A stretch of 64,000 bases of DNA. Origin: Octopus sinensis. Taxonomy: Eukaryota. How positions within the stretch are numbered: position 1 is the first letter of the stretch; the number at the start of each line of letters is the position of its first letter. Location of the stretch: assembly GCF_006345805.1 (NCBI RefSeq), contig NC_043022.1, forward strand, positions 20,708,001 through 20,772,000, read 5' to 3'. Made by a program: the position numbers and the translations under genes. Positions 62,261 through 64,000 of the stretch are shown here, piece by piece. The notes below the pieces were generated by a model, which did no database searches, was not told where the DNA came from, and was given only the letters and a program-made list of their open reading frames with translations.

Positions 62261-62751
62261 TAACTTTAAAAATGTTTGATAGATTGCGGTTAATTCATTC
62301 TCTTTACCTGTTTGTGTCAGCCTTCCAATTGCTGTTTTTACTGAGATCTCCCTTTTTAGTAGAAGAAATAGCTATAACCCTTTGACTGCTATTTCTAAAT
62401 TCGGTATGTGGTAAGGCAATTCGTTGCTGACCCTTATTGCTTAGTATTACTTAAATTTTCCTCAAATGAGGCTTTTACATGCCGAAGACTACTTGGTGTA
62501 ATTGATAATTATTCCAAATTAATTAATTTCACCCTTCATTATACGGATAACCATATTTTATCTCAGTAGATGACTACAGCATCTTGTTTTGGCTACACGC
62601 GGGTGGGAAGGGGCTGTTGACACAATCGTTTCATTCACAAATTTGAATTCGGTGATACTAGTTGAGGATTCCAGCTCGCTCTGATACTGAGTTGAGTTGG
62701 TGCCTCCTAGTATCTCAAAATTCAATATATAATCATTTATGATTATGGTAT

Positions 62752-62858
62752 TCCACGCTGAAGAGAAAAGAAGTTTCGGTAAGATAGAATTATTTAATAT
62801 TTAATATTTTAATTCTTATGCTTTCCTAAAACTTGATTTCGAAACGTACGTCCGTGGA
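62752..62858 (+). ncRNA. Type I hammerhead ribozyme, array unit 3
   Basis: Same motif; predicted cut after 62852. Confidence 0.8.
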
Positions 62859-63352
62859 TAACTTTAAAAATGTTTGATAGATTGCGGTTAATTCATTCTC
62901 TCTTCCTGTTTTGTGTCAGCCTTCCAATTGCTGTTTTTACTGAGATCTCCCTTTTTAGTAGAAGAAATAGCTATAACCCTTTGACTGCTATTTCTAAATT
63001 CGGTATGTGGTAAGGCAATTCGTTGCTGAACCCTTATTGCTTAGTATTACTTAAATTTTCCTCAAATGAGGCTTTTACATGCCGAAGACTACTTGGTGTA
63101 ATTGATAATTATTCCAAATTAATTAATTTCACCCTTCATTATTACGGATAACCATATTTTATCTCAGTAGATGACTACAGCATCTTGTTTTGGCTACACG
63201 CGGGTGGGAAGGGGCTGTTGACACAATCGTTTCATTCACAAATTTGAATTCGGTGATACTAGTTGAGGATTCCAGCTCGCTCTGATACTGAGTTGAGTTG
63301 GTGCCTCCTAGTATCTCAAAATTCAATATATAATCATTTATGATTATGGTAT

Positions 63353-63458
63353 TCCACGCTGAAGAGAAAAGAAGTTTCGGTAAGATAGAATTATTTAATA
63401 TTTAATATTTTAATTCTTATGCTTTCCTAAAACTTGATTTCGAACGTACGTCCGTGGA
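63353..63458 (+). ncRNA. Hammerhead ribozyme, array unit 4 (core reads GAA instead of GAAA: inactivating deletion or sequencing error)
   Basis: cgaacgtacgtccgtgga at 63441-63458. Confidence 0.6.
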
Positions 63459-63880
63459 TAACTTTAAAAATGTTTGATAGATTGCGGTTAATTCATTCTC
63501 CTTACCTGTTTGTGTCAGCCTTCCAATTGCTGTTTTTACTGAGATCTCCTTTTTAGTAGAAGAATAGCTATAACCCTTTGACTGCTATTTCTAAATTCGG
63601 TATGTGGTAAGGCAATTCGTTGCTGAACCCTTATTGCTTAGTATTACTTAAATTTTCCTCAAATGAGGCTTTTACATGCCGAAGACTACTTGGTGTAATT
63701 GATAATTATTCCAAATTAATTAATTTCACCCTTCATTATTACGGATAACTATATATATATATATATATATATCATGGCTATAATGCATACGTGCATATAT
63801 GTGGGTATACATTCATATATGTAAGTATTCGTATGTTGTGCTTATATATATATATGTATTTATGTTTCTCTTCTATGTGT

Positions 63881-63939
63881 ATTCTACTGACGAGGCAAAG
63901 CATTCCTAAATGCAAAGCCAGAAATCCGGGATCTAGAAT
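63881..63939 (+). ncRNA. Type I hammerhead-like ribozyme, second family
   Basis: ATTCTA-CTGACGA-GGC(aaaGCATTcctaAATGCaaa)GCC-A-GAAA-TCCGGGA-TC-TAGAAT; helix I ATTCTA/TAGAAT; ATC triplet; extra A before GAAA. Confidence 0.65.
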
Positions 63940-64000
63940 TATCCAGTAATTTTTTACTAGTTTCATCTTGTCTCTTTGTTTTCTCTCCGTGTTCATATAC

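Larger units (their letters stand above)
60982..63749. mobile_element. Non-coding hammerhead-bearing tandem element (retrozyme / Penelope pseudo-LTR-like): inverted 518-bp copy plus about 3.8 direct ~600-bp units, inserted in (TA)n
   Basis: Direct units start at 61501, 62092, 62691 and 63292 (last one partial, ends 63749). 60982-61500 is the reverse complement of the unit. (TA)n flanks at about 60955-60982 and 63750-63771. No ORF of 60 aa or more in the track. Confidence 0.8.

Noticed and set aside
61501-63749. CRISPR-like or rDNA/5S/snRNA array interpretation of the tandem repeat
   Set aside because: No unique spacers, eukaryotic context, and no rRNA or snRNA sequence recognised; the unit is instead explained by the hammerhead motif

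Overview
AT- and microsatellite-rich eukaryotic DNA. The SINE families and repeat landscape suggest an octopus or other coleoid cephalopod (inference). Two spliced genes face each other tail to tail, and both are cut off at their 5' ends by the window. (1) + strand: the last 10 coding exons (304-15010, about 427 aa) of an SLC7A/CAT-family cationic amino acid transporter. (2) - strand: 21 coding exons (60928-26325, about 1200 aa) of a long coiled-coil protein I cannot name. All exon phases were checked by hand and join in frame. Introns are packed with tRNA-derived and RTE-related SINEs, 5'-truncated RTE and CR1 LINE ends, piggyBac-, hAT-, mariner- and Helentron-like non-autonomous elements, and mini/microsatellites. 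The most interesting signal is a set of (TA)n-embedded, hammerhead-ribozyme-bearing elements. A non-coding array of ~600-bp units (3.8 direct copies plus one inverted copy, 60982-63749) carries a type I hammerhead fold in every copy, with an unusually long helix II and a palindromic helix III; this is a retrozyme / Penelope pseudo-LTR-like architecture. There is also a 5'-truncated Penelope-like retroelement with a 308-bp fold-back hairpin and its own variant hammerhead (42996-44585), a solo copy of that hammerhead (7689-7747), and a third hammerhead family (63881-63939). Folding and homology were done by eye; nothing was searched or computed.
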